A DNA stretch of 64,000 bases from Eledone cirrhosa (lineage: Eukaryota). Location of the stretch: the NCBI GenBank assembly GCA_964016885.1, contig OZ024752.1, forward strand, positions 40,176,001-40,240,000. The letters run 5' to 3'. A program made the translations under genes and the position numbers. Position 1 is the stretch's first letter, and every line of letters starts with the position of its first letter. Under the pieces are notes generated by a model that worked only from the letters and a program-made list of their open reading frames with translations, searched no databases and was not told the origin of the DNA. This document shows, piece after piece, positions 1-12,200 of this stretch.

Positions 1-594
1 CATGGTCCCAGCAGACATGATAGAGAAGACATCGCCCCAGAGGATGATGAGAGATATGCTGGAACAGCCACTCCACTTCACAGATTTCACACCTGTGAGT
101 AACCAACTCCACTCCAATAGCAGCGAGTAGGGATGTGGTGCAGGGGCCAAGAACACTGGAAGTCTCCACTGCCAGACTTGACTACAAACCTATTAGAGAG
201 TGGCCAATACTCTTATCATCCTATATCACATGAAACCACATTAATTAGACAGTCTGCCAAGTGTATCTTATTGTGGTACAAGCACTAGAGAAGTTATCAT
301 GTCCTTGACACAATTGAAGGGTCCTCCCAGCCTTTTGTTTGGCAAGCCACAGGTGCTAAAAATGCAAAGATACTGGAATAACTAAGCATCCTTGCAGGTT
401 TCACCAGGAAAGCAAGATACTAACAATGACACAAACCTCACAGTCAGCAACCCAACTTCCTTACATGTCTTGAATGCCATACGTTGAAAAACAAACGTTT
501 GTCAATAATTGCTGGTATTTTTGTATTTTCTCCCATTCAACTACAGCTGTGGTGACCAATGGAGCCAAGAGGCTTGCCATGACGATGATGATGA

Positions 595-630
<36 letters not shown>

Positions 631-634
<4 letters not shown>

Positions 635-1389
635 GAGACGTATAGAGATTGTTTTAGCAAGAAGCTAACGGCATTCTATAACATATATGCGACTATAACG
701 TCAAGATGGGAAAAGTAGTTAACGAAAGATTTAGGAAAAATAACTCAAACTCATCTCAAAAGAGAATCAGGATACAAATTCATCCACAGAATTTAGTAAA
801 ATCCATGGAAAAATCTATAGACCTTTAACTCATGATAAAACAAAGTTTGAAACACTTATCCTTCAATTTGGAATAACATCAAATGCTCTGTATAGTCTTA
901 AAAGACTATTTCATGAAAACTTTCAGTGGAGATGGTCACGGTTGGAATATCATTCATCAGCAGAGCTCAACAGAAAACCAGGGCTCTCACAGTAATATAG
1001 TCCGAAAAAGGGAATTCTAAAACTGGCTAGTTCGCCTTCATGTGTATTTATGAAAAAGCACATGAGGAAAAAACGGGGCTAGTGACGTCAGGATGGAAGT
1101 GAATGTTTATTTACAAGAAATAGCAGTCAAATACATTCTGAAAAAAACTCTACAAGGAGTTCAGCAAAATAGCAATAATTATCACAGTTTTTATGAAAAA
1201 AACCGGGATTAGTCACAGATAGTTTAAGCACTCTAGGAAAAGAATCCGAGTATAAATATAAATGAGACGTATAGAGATTGTTTTAGCAAGAAGCTAACGG
1301 CATTCTATAACATATATGCGACTATAACGTCAAGATGGGAAAAGTAGTTAACGAAAGATTTAGGAAAAATAACTCAAACTCATCTCAAA

Positions 1390-1392
<3 letters not shown>
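631..1392. repeat. 133-bp perfect direct repeats (631-763, 1260-1392) bracketed by (TA)n
   Basis: Identical blocks aaatgagacg...ctcaaaaga. Confidence 0.85.
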
Positions 1393-1429
<37 letters not shown>

Positions 1430-1564
1430 TAACCCCTAGTCACAAAACCTTAATAAATATGGATCCCCTCCCCCATTTCATGGCTCACCTGGAGGTTTGT
1501 GGCTCTGCTTGAGTACTAACTAGTCTGTGGTGACACTTCTAACACTTGCTAGAAGGGAAAATGG

Positions 1565-1940
1565 AGGTTAAACAAGTAAAAATACCTTTTTGATTTCCAT
1601 GTGTCTAACACACGTGGACATGCCCACAAAGTCAGAAAACAGCACAGTTCCCATGACTTTTGGAAACATTTTTTCACGCTCAGAGTTGCTGAAGCATGGA
1701 ACAAACTACCTGCACCAGTTGTAAGCTGTCGAGACACTGCATCCTTTAAGGCCTCCATGCTTCCCGAGATCCGCCAACACTACAGCTAATGTTCCCCCTC
1801 CATACACATACACATACACACATGTATACCATGACTCTTCACTTCCCTGACATTTGTGTATTATTCTATGTACTATACACCTTTGATGAGTTGTAGTGTA
1901 CCTGAGCACTTTACACAATAATTTCATTATTATTATTATT
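1565..1940 (+). mobile_element. CR1-type LINE 3' end
   Basis: TRGH..K...FFTLRVAEAWNKLP...SFK; (ATT)n tail. Confidence 0.82.
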
Positions 1941-2547
1941 ATAATGATTTTAATCAATATTTTTTTTTACTCGGCATATTGAGAGTAAGCGTTGGGGAGT
2001 TATAAAGAAAACGAAATCATTCAGTTTATTTAATACCTTTGTGGTTTAATTTCACAGTGAGTCTAATCACATTTGAAAATTACTGTAATTATTCCTAAAA
2101 AACAATATTCATAAACATTATTTTTGAAATACATTTACATATAAGGACATTCAGTGATTATTTTGGCATTTGTTCAATGTGTATCTACGTTCAGATTTAT
2201 GTATTTGACGGTCCTATTTGCTTATTTACACAAATACTAAGGTCGATAACTCAGGCCTATAACTTTTATGATATTTAAAAAAATTATTTAATGCCAGTAG
2301 CTGTCCCGTGTGTGAATATAAATATTCTTTTGGGGGACCTTTGATTAAGAAGTCATTAAATGTTTGTTATAATGATAGTCTCGAGAATTTGTAGACAAGA
2401 AATGGCATTAATCGAGTAAAATGTGAAGATATATCTGTTGGTGTGCCATGATAGTTTCTATCAATTTCCACGAGGCATAATATAGTCTTTCACATTTTAG
2501 AAAGTATGAGTTCATTCCCCTGAAAATACTTGGAAAAAAAAAAAGAG

Positions 2548-2731
2548 TACGAGTTTTGGCTGAAAAGTTCAGATGCTGACCAAGATACTCTCAGGAAATG
2601 ACCAAATGAGGTTTATTTTTCACATAGTCCCTAGAAAGAAACAATGCAGTTATTAATATGAAGAGTTGAAATTAATACATGCAAGATTTTCCTTCATAGT
2701 CAGTCTATAAACTTTTTAGCTCACCCTCGTA
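2548..2731. mobile_element. Tc1/mariner-like MITE (paralog near 24866-25065)
   Basis: tacgag...ctgaaaagtt / aactttttagctcaccctcgta termini with TA. Confidence 0.6.
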
Positions 2732-3617
2732 TGTTCTGAATACATACATCGAATGTTATTTTACCAATACAGACATTATTTCCTCGGACAATAGATTTTT
2801 ATCTCCCTTTTTTTTTTTTTTTTTTTTTCACCTAATAAATATTTAGTCGTTTAAAGTTAACTCTTAATATTCCGTTGACCTTTATGATATGCGGCCGATT
2901 ATTGCACTTGATGGTGAAATGATGGTCGTTTTTGTTTTCCCCTTTTTTTTTCTTTCTCACGCTCTGGTCATATATTTTGGTACGTTGTATTTGTGATGTT
3001 CCTAGCAGTAGTTAATAGTATTTGTTATATGTCTTTATATTTTCATTCTAAATGAATTGTGAGCAGTTTGTAAATGTTATTTATGTATATATTTCAAACT
3101 TAACAACAAGGTTTATAAGTTAACTCTCTTCAAATATTTTTATTCCACACTTCTCTTATACATGCGTTTGTCCCGTCAGCTATACGCTGGCCTGTTTGAA
3201 CTAAATATTGTCGGACTCCATTCTCAAAAATGGCCCGATTTAAATAAATTTCGGCAATAGTGACATGAATCGAATGACCAGGTCTACTTGGTTAAACGAT
3301 TTTATAGCATGTGAGCGTTCTCGAATTTTTCACCACCAATCATTGCGTATAAAGGGAGCTAACTTCTACCACCCTTGTCTCCATGCCTTCCCCCACCACG
3401 CCGCTTTCGAACGGAATTAGTGCGGATCACCCCGCCTTCAACTGCTAGCATGTCCCCATCGCTATTTTCATCCCATCCGAATTCCACTGTAGGAGTTAAG
3501 TGTTCTTCACCCAGTCTCTCTCTTTACATCCACCGTGCCTTCTTCCCTTCCAAATTGCACTGTAGATCTTGTTCGTCCAAACTCTGTCTGTGCAATCAGT
3601 ATCTTCTTCGAGCCTGG

Positions 3618-3970
3618 TGGATTGGCAGTATCGGTAGAGGGTCAGACGCCATGCTTTCCAACATAGTTATGTCCCTTTACAATCTGAGTTCAAATCCCGC
3701 CGAGGTTGACTTTGCCTTTCATCCTTACGGGGTCGATAAAATAAAGTACCAGTAATGCACTGGGTAATTGCTGGCCTTGTGCCTAAAGTAGAAACAAGTA
3801 TCGGTAGAGGGTCAGACGCCATGCTTTCCAGCATAGTTACGTCCCTTTACAATCTGAGTTCAAATCCCGCCGAGGTTGACTTTGCCTTTCATCCTTACGG
3901 GGTCGATAAAATAAAGTACCAGTAATGCACTGGATAATTGCTGGCCTTGTGCCTAAAGTAGAAACAGTTA
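3618..3970 (+). mobile_element. SINE family 2 (Nin/Deu-domain-like), tandem dimer
   Basis: Two ~180 bp units: ggcagtatcggtaga...gagttcaaatcc...gactttgcctttcatccttacggggtcgataaaataaagtacc. Confidence 0.82.
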
Positions 3971-4588
3971 TTTTCAATCTACTATCTCATTGTGTTTTGT
4001 TGAATCCACAGGGATACGCTTCATCTTTTCCCCGGTCTTCGCTGAGACCTCTGGCATCATTGATCCCCGCACTGCTGATTTCCACTGTAAAGTCAAAAAG
4101 ACGGCGGTTTGATTGAGGTAGGAGCCCCGTGAGGTGGCTGTTGCAGTAGGTGTTTCTGACAATTTTCCGCGGTAATGTCTTTGCCATTTTGTCCGCGAGA
4201 CAGCCGAGGTATTGCTCAGACTGGGATGTAGCGTCTCTCTCTCTCTCCCCTTTCTTTCAATCCTTGGTCCTTCTTTCCATTTTCTTGTTTTTATTTTTCT
4301 CTTCCTTTTCTGTTCCCTTTAATAGTGTTTTGTTTCTATTACTGCTCAATTATTTTTATATTATGTCAATGGATTTTCATTACATAGGGAGATTTTGTAT
4401 ATTGAATAAATAAACTATCTCTTCCATAATAAGATATTAAACCTAACCTCAAATGTTATTACCTAAATGATACGGATCCAGGTGGTGTGACGTAGGGCTT
4501 TATGGCGTGCAGGACTCTGGTTTTGGTCACTTCGTCACCCCAGCAGACAGAATGGAGAACATTTCTAATTTAGGCACAAAGTTTAGGG

Positions 4589-4737
4589 CAGTCATGGGCA
4601 AACTGAAGCCCGTTTGGCTTTCTGAATAGCACGCCTAATTTCAAAATTGCCTTAAATGTTTTTATTAGTGCGGCGGCCCACCTTATGATGAATCGCATCC
4701 TATACTGCCCACTGCTCGAAAAGGTTGCCCTTGTCTG
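4589..4737. mobile_element. hAT (Charlie-like) MITE nested in an old SINE
   Basis: cagtcatgggcaa...ttgcccttgtctg termini; 8-bp TSD gtttaggg/gtttagag. Confidence 0.7.
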
Positions 4738-5009
4738 GTTTAGAGCAGAGGGAAGGTTGATATAAACACAGTAGGTACTTTATTTCATCGGCTGCTTTAC
4801 GGGAATTGAACTCAGAACGAAAAGAACTGCAAGTAAAGACCGGAAAGCATTTTGTCCAACGCTCTAACGATTCTGATAATCCACTACAGCCGAATTATAA
4901 GCAAGGATATTTTGATTACATAAATTAAGAAAAAGACAACGAAAGAATAAAAATTATCTCCCTTGGTTTTCATATTATAATATCGACGCTCGTAGCGCTG
5001 TTATACGTA

Positions 5010-5140
5010 TTGTGTGACGTTTCTACATTTGATTGGTTCAAAAATATCCATAGAGAATCTCACTGTTCATCATTTTATAATACCTTTCTGTTCGCTAGAA
5101 GGATTTCTCTTTCTACTGCGATCGTTTGAAAAAAAGAATC
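5010..5140 (+). promoter_or_regulatory. Putative promoter/5' UTR of the nucleolin-like gene
   Basis: GTGACGT (CRE-like), ATTGG (reverse CCAAT) and a pyrimidine run cctttctgttc (TOP/TCT-like) just upstream of the ATG. Confidence 0.35.
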
Positions 5141-5155
5141 ATGAATACCAGTAAA
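5141..5155 (+). CDS. Nucleolin-like exon 1 (MNTSK)
   Basis: ATG at 5141, GTAAGT donor at 5156, phase 0. A very short first coding exon, as in vertebrate nucleolin. Confidence 0.65.
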
Positions 5156-6201
5156 GTAAGTTGGCATTTATTTTATTGCAGTTGATTTTCTATTAAGATA
5201 TTATAAATGCCTTGATGTTTTTTTTTTATTTAATTTATTTATTTTCATGCGTTATCCACGTGCTTCCATGTAATCTTCGCTAATATTTTTGCCATGTGTG
5301 AAAAAAAAAAAGCTAATAAAAAAAAAAATTTTTGATTTTGATTTTAATTTTAATTTCTACTTCGATAACAATTATAATAAATATAAATAATTTATACAGA
5401 ATAATTACATGAACTTGATGCGATCTCTATGAGAACGCAACACGTGCGTGTGTTAATTTTCGTGCTGTGTCTAGCTTAACCTCGCCTATTCTCTGACAAG
5501 ATGGAGATAGCTAAATTTGCTTGAATTGTTCATGTTCAGTTTATGATTTAGATATCATCGAACATTCTGCTGCTTGTCGATCGTTTAGTATGTTGAGATT
5601 AAATTAGTTGTGCTGCTTTTTTTTCTTAATTAATTCTTCAATCTTAGTAGTATTAAGTATTTATCGCATTCAGATGGTGATTTTTTTTCCTTCCATGGAT
5701 ACCGATATGGGAAAGTTTAAATATCTCTGATGACGATATTAATAATTTGCCTAGATAATTATGGTGAAGTTAAATTTATTAACATTATAAAATCTAATCC
5801 GACCATTTTTGCACGTTTTCTGTTGAAAAGTGTGTAATCTAGGTTATATACCATGAACATTTAGCGGTGTGTTAACACGTGTATAGAAGACTGTTGGTGA
5901 CCTAGGTAAAGAAAGAATCAGCAGCGAAATTACGAGAAGATTCCGTCCAAGATCGCGACATACATTACATATATATAGTCAGTTTTAATATCTCATGTAG
6001 ATAAAACTTGAATAATTCGTTATGTTACAGAGAATCTAACCTAATAACATATGTAATCTTAACTTCAATGATTGCTTTTAGTTTCATGTAGTTCCGGTAT
6101 TCAGCGAACACGTGGACCCCTGCACACGAGGGAGGGAATGAAAAGTACACATAATCACATACGATTATGTGTAATATATACATAATGCATTTAATTATAT
6201 A

Positions 6202-6243
<42 letters not shown>

Positions 6244-9200
6244 TATTCACTTGAAGATTTCTCCACGCCCGAGAGATATTAACTAATTTTTCATATTTTA
6301 CGTTAAGAAATTAATTATTTTTCCAGCATGGCGATTTTACTCGCCAAGAAAATAATTTTTAAATACATTTTTTTATATATATATATATATATCGTATATA
6401 TTGTTAACGGACGTGTTGTATGTTATCAGATCGTCCATTTAAGACTACATTATCTGTTGTATCTTTCCTTCTGTAAGGAGATTTGGCTGTTAATTTTAGC
6501 AGGTTGATTGACTACGTAAAATTTAGGATTTAGGATTTCGTTTTCTAGTCTTGTTTTTGTTATTGTATTGAATAATAGAATAATAATTCGTGTTCGATAA
6601 TCAACATTCTCGTATTGATTTTATATTTGCTGGACCCATGGGAATTGCCTTTTTATTTTTATTTCAATGGATTACATTGCTTCGTTGAAGATTTCAATTT
6701 TGTTTCAGTTCATCTTCTTTAAAAACCTGACTCGCTATGGTAAAATATTTCGATATGGCCGACGATAAAATACAACAAAATTATCGTAAAATTACGAATG
6801 GTTTATTTGTGATTTTTTTTTTTTGTAAATCTTACCGTAAATATGTTTAATAAAGAGGAAAATTAATTTTATAAAATAAATTTCTTTCAAAGAAATGAAA
6901 CGTAAATTGCCTGAATAGATAATGTCGGTTTCTCCATTAAAAAAATATGGTAAATTTATGCATATACGAATTGAATAAAATCCTTAGATGTGACCTCTTT
7001 TCCTTTGCCCGTTACCATGTGTTCTCCTCAGTATTTAAATATTTTTTTATTATTTATTTTGCGTATTGAGAGGTCAGTAGTACTATGAGTGTAAACATTC
7101 AAGTTGCTGTAGACTGGCCATTCATCGGATACGATCCGGCTTCCTGGCTGTCTGTCCACCACTATTAAATACTATTAAATATTTTTTATTCCAATAAGGC
7201 AACACTTTTTTCCCCGTGTCGCGTTCCCCTGCACCGAAAACCCCAATGCCCTCCTCCACACCTACTGATCATCTCGGCGGCGATATTTCTTGTAGAACTT
7301 CGCAGTGAAATATCAAATATCAAATATAAAATATACACCTGTCCACCATTATACATCTTGTCGTCAGGTCGACCTCGTGCATAATTGGACGGACGTTGCA
7401 GCATTGCCAAGAAGAACATAAGCAAGATAAAAAAAATAATAATAAGAAGAAGAAGAATTTTGTTATGCGCCAAGTTTACTTATTAAACGAATGAGCCATG
7501 TCTAGCTGATAACAAACATTATATGTCTGTGTGGCACAGCGTCATCTCCCAACTATGTATTTCGTTGTTTCTAACGAGGCGATCGCCATTCCAAAACAGT
7601 TAAATCACTAAGAGCACGCTATTGCCGAAATAAATAAGCTTCTGAAGTCATGCGATCGTTATATCTTTCGAGGAAAATATTAGAAATATTAGTGTTTTAC
7701 GCTGATTCTGCTCCGAGAATCTAGAATCTATTTAAGCGAGTTATTAAAAAAAAATAATAATTAATGTGAATGAATTAGTTACTAAAATTGTAAAAGCAAC
7801 AGGCTAAACCCTGTCAGTTTATAGTAGTCTGTATTTAATTACAACCATTATATATTAAAAGGATTTTTATTTGGAAGGAAGGGGGGGTCTCGTGTAATCA
7901 GTGAAATGGCGGGCGATCTGACCTGTAAAACAAACAAGATATGAGTGGTAAAGAAGAGTGGAAGGTTTTTATTTGGCGATACATAGCAGTTATTATTAAA
8001 TATTTTGGGTGTGGAGGGAATGGGTTAAACCTGTTCGGTTTTGCTTAATAAAACCATGGTTGTGCGAGTCTTTTCTTTCTGCAATACATAATTTGTTGGG
8101 GGTTTTTGTGTAATTCATTCGTTTAACATGTTAAGTGTTGAATGACCCTGTAATGTTTTCTGAAACTGTCGAGTATACAAAAACATCTATTTTTATTTCA
8201 AGAATACTTAATATAAGCCATTGTTTATGTGTATATTAAGTTTAGGTTACTTTCAATCTTGCAAAATCGCTTTTTCTTTTGGTATTTAACAGAGCATTTA
8301 AATGATTCGGCTTGAAATATCAAATTACTAATTATAAATGTATGGGTATTCTATCAATATATAAAAACGAGGGCAGCTGATACTTGGGGGCTGGTAGTCG
8401 AACGCAGCAGGTTGCCACTGGAGTAGGTGTCATAGCATGTGGCATCCCAGGTGAGGTGCCCTATCCTTGCAGAATGGGAAGATTGTGATGCCGTCCCCGT
8501 GATCAAGGCTATGCTTTGTGATGTCGTGAGAACAGCCTGGCATGGGAGGCGGCCCTGGGTGTAGACGGAAAGGATCCACGGTGGTACCGCAGCAGCGTTG
8601 TTGAGGCTCGCAGATGCGGAGGCCAAACCTCAGGGAAATACCTACCTATGTGCAAGCAGTCACTGCCCAGCTGAAGGCCAGACAAGTGGTGGAGCTGCGT
8701 TAAGCAAGACACTACTGAGTCTGAGAAGCCAAGCTATGCTGGCCGAGCCGGTGAACCAGCACATCTGAAATTATGTTGCAATGGATGATATCCCATTTGT
8801 TTTGGAAGGCCTGGACGTCTATGGAGAGGAGAGCGGGGTGAACATTAACAGACGAGGTTGAGTGGGTTCCATGTTGTGTTGTGGAGAACCTTGTTGATGA
8901 AGACATGGCAAGAGGTCAGCGATGAAAGGAAAGCAGGCAGGGTCAGTGAGACAAGAGACCAAAGTCGCCATTTGGGTATGGGTCCTGCTGCCATCCAGTG
9001 TCATCAAACCAGATGTTGCATATCTCCTCAACAGCCCATTGGATGTGGATCTGCGAGAAGAGATGCTTGGCTATAGCAGGGGGTCACTGCGGACTGTATA
9101 TAAGAGCTTTGTCATGGCCAAGAAAGAGTGCCGGGTTTCTAGCTAGCGTAGTCTGAACTTGAGTGTCAAGCAAATGGCAGGTGAAAAGATTGGTGATCCG

Positions 9201-12200
9201 AGGATAAGGACCTCCCTCTTCCATTTAAGGTGTCCCTTGCACCTCTAAGATGGAGAGAGCAAAGGCCCTCTGCGTCCTAATTGACGTTCAGAACTTCCGA
9301 CTTGGACGAGTTGATCATGAGGCCAGTCTTCACTAGAGCGGGAACCCATTTTTGGCCGGTTAAATCTATTATCGAACTTATAACTGTCAAAAGAAGTTTA
9401 TAGTTTTTAAATATTAATTTATTACTCATCTATGGCATTCTATGTAAAGAGGCTTGAATCTGAACATTCCTACACTACCCATCCCGGTATTGTTATTCAC
9501 AGAAAAAAGCTTTCTCCGGAAGTAATGCTTTGTGTTGTTTTTCCTCAATATACAAAATAGATAGTAATAGCAATTGGAAAGACTCATGGGAACATTGTTT
9601 CCTCGGTCCGATTTCACGAAAGTCGATCGACTGACTATATATATATACACACACACACACACATATATATATACACATATAGAGTGGCCTAAAAGTCACT
9701 AGACCACAGATTTTTGACAATGTTAAATTTATACTGTTGACAAATCTTTTATATAGATTTTTTTTTTGTATATTTGTGTAGACAAGTGATGTAACATTTC
9801 TCTTTCCAGGTTGCCAATACTCCAAAAAACAAAACACCCAATTCCTCAAAGAAAAAGAAAGAGGTAAGCAATATCATGTTGTGAATGCATGCATGCATGC
9901 ATGTGTGTGTGTGTGTAGAACTAAAATTTTGATTTCAAGTCCCATCCATGGTCAGTAAAATACCAGAGCTGCTCCTGCCTGCCCTTCTTAATTAAGAAAA
10001 AAATAGGGATTTTGTGCATAACTAACGGACTTATAAAATTTATTATTGATGCAAATAAAAGCATTGATTTTTCATTGAAAACTATTTATAATGGCTATAT
10101 GAGATATCCAATTACCATCGACGTCATCACTGTTTAATATCCATTTTTAATCGCTAGCATGTTTTAGATGTGTTGTCCTGTTGTGAAAGTCAGATCAGAT
10201 GACCATGTCTTGCATGAGCAAAACTGTTTCTGGCTTGGTTTTCTACAGCTGGGTGCCCTTTCTAATGCCAACCACATTTTCAGTGTGGACTGGACTCTTT
10301 GTCGCGTCACCATCACATGCTAAATACAGCAATAGATGTTGCTCGTTAGAACACTTTCCATTCAAAGTTGATACAAAAGGAAAGTACAGGTCTTGTACTG
10401 GAATCGATTCTTCCTCTAGATCTCTCTCACTTTCGATCCTTCTCTTGAAGAAATCTGCTGTAGTAAGGCTTGGAGAGGGATGGGCTCTGCTAGGTTTAAA
10501 ATACCATATGTCACTATGGTGTCTCTACAACTCCATCAAGAGTAATGGGATAAAAGGAAAAAAGATACTAAAGAAGGGCCAGCCAATGAAATTGACAGGT
10601 ACAACAGGAGTTTAACATCAGCTTTATGTGGGAACCTGTATAATGACTCGGTTCTCATTGCTGAATATGAGGGTGTGTTGTGCTGACTCAGTAATATCTT
10701 AACACCATTTTCTTGCTATATTTCTAATCAAAAACACTGCCTGTTATTTTCTAATTTTTTTAAAATATAATCAAAGTAACATTTTGGCAGTATCGGTAGA
10801 GGGTCTGACGCCATGCTCTGCAGCAAAGAGTTATGCCCCTTTATGATCTGAGTTCAAATCCCGCCGAGGTTAACTTTGCTTTTCATCCTTACGGGGTCGA
10901 TAAAATAAAGTACCAGTAATACACTGGTATAATTGCTGGCCTTGTGCCAAAAGTAGAAACAATTATAGAAATGGATGGCTTGGTATCAAAGTGTTATAGA
11001 ATTTTGGCTAGTAATACTGTATTCAGGAGCAATGGTTTATCTAGATAATATAGGTCAATCAATATTAAGTAACTATAAGTATTTATAATAGTGCAGCCTT
11101 ATTTATCAATTGTTTAGTGAAGCTTGTAAAACTTTCATTGAAGAACTAGGAGTATATAGTGTGTATGTACATGTATATCGTGTTTTAATGTCCATTTTTC
11201 CATGCTAGTTTGGGTTAGATGAGTCAAGTCAGGTCAGATGACTGCATCTTGGTTTCTATGGTTGGATACCCTTTGTAACACCAATCATATTTACACTGCA
11301 GAAAACCTGCAAAACAGGATTGCAACCTTCTTAGGTGCCTCAATTAAATGCACCTAGTGCACTCAGTGGAGTGGGAACATGTTTTAGATGAGTTGTATGA
11401 AATGTTATAAAAGGATTATTTATTTGTAATTGCCAATTTTGTGTATTTACTCTTATTTTTTTGTTTTGTAGAGTGTTACAAAAACAAAAGCGGATACACC
11501 CAGGCCAAATTTGTCTGCTAAAAAAATTATGTCTGCCAAAAAGCAAAATGGCCTTAAAAAAGGACCTGCAACAGTGAGTTGATTCTAATAATAAATCTAT
11601 CTATTGCAGTTTTTTAATATTTATTATATGTACTATATGCAGTGGAAGAAATGTGTGCACTGTTCATTGAAAAGTCCATCATATAGAATATTTTAATAAT
11701 AATTTGATAAATTTGTAACAGTAGTATCTACTCGAAGTTGGTAAAAAAAAATCAAAGAATATTGACCCTTCTACCATCAATTTTAAAATTTAAAAGAAAA
11801 GATTTCTCTAAGTATATATAGTAGTTTATAAATGTTTTAATATTAAATTCAAATGAGAATTTTAGATGCTTGTCAGTATTGGCAAATGTTTAATTGTGTG
11901 AATATTTTCCATAAGCTAGTTGATGTAAAGATGCAGTTTGTTAATGAAAATTGTTTTTGATTTTAGCCAAAGTCTAAAAATGTGACTCCGAAGACACCAC
12001 AGTCAAATAAAAGGAAATCTGCAGCAAAGAAAGTAGAAGAGGTAGTTGTTTTTTTTTACTTAAGACAATCCTTTCATTTTTTTATTTTTATATCATCATC
12101 ATCATTTCATTTTACGTCCGCTTTTCCCTGCTTGCAAGGGTGGGACGGAAACTGATTCTGGCTTGATTTCTACAGCTGGATGCCCTTCCTAACACCAACC

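Noticed and set aside
1-600. Possible coding or LINE remnant at the window start
   Set aside because: Ends in a (TGA)n tail suggesting an old LINE, but no diagnostic motif could be read with confidence.
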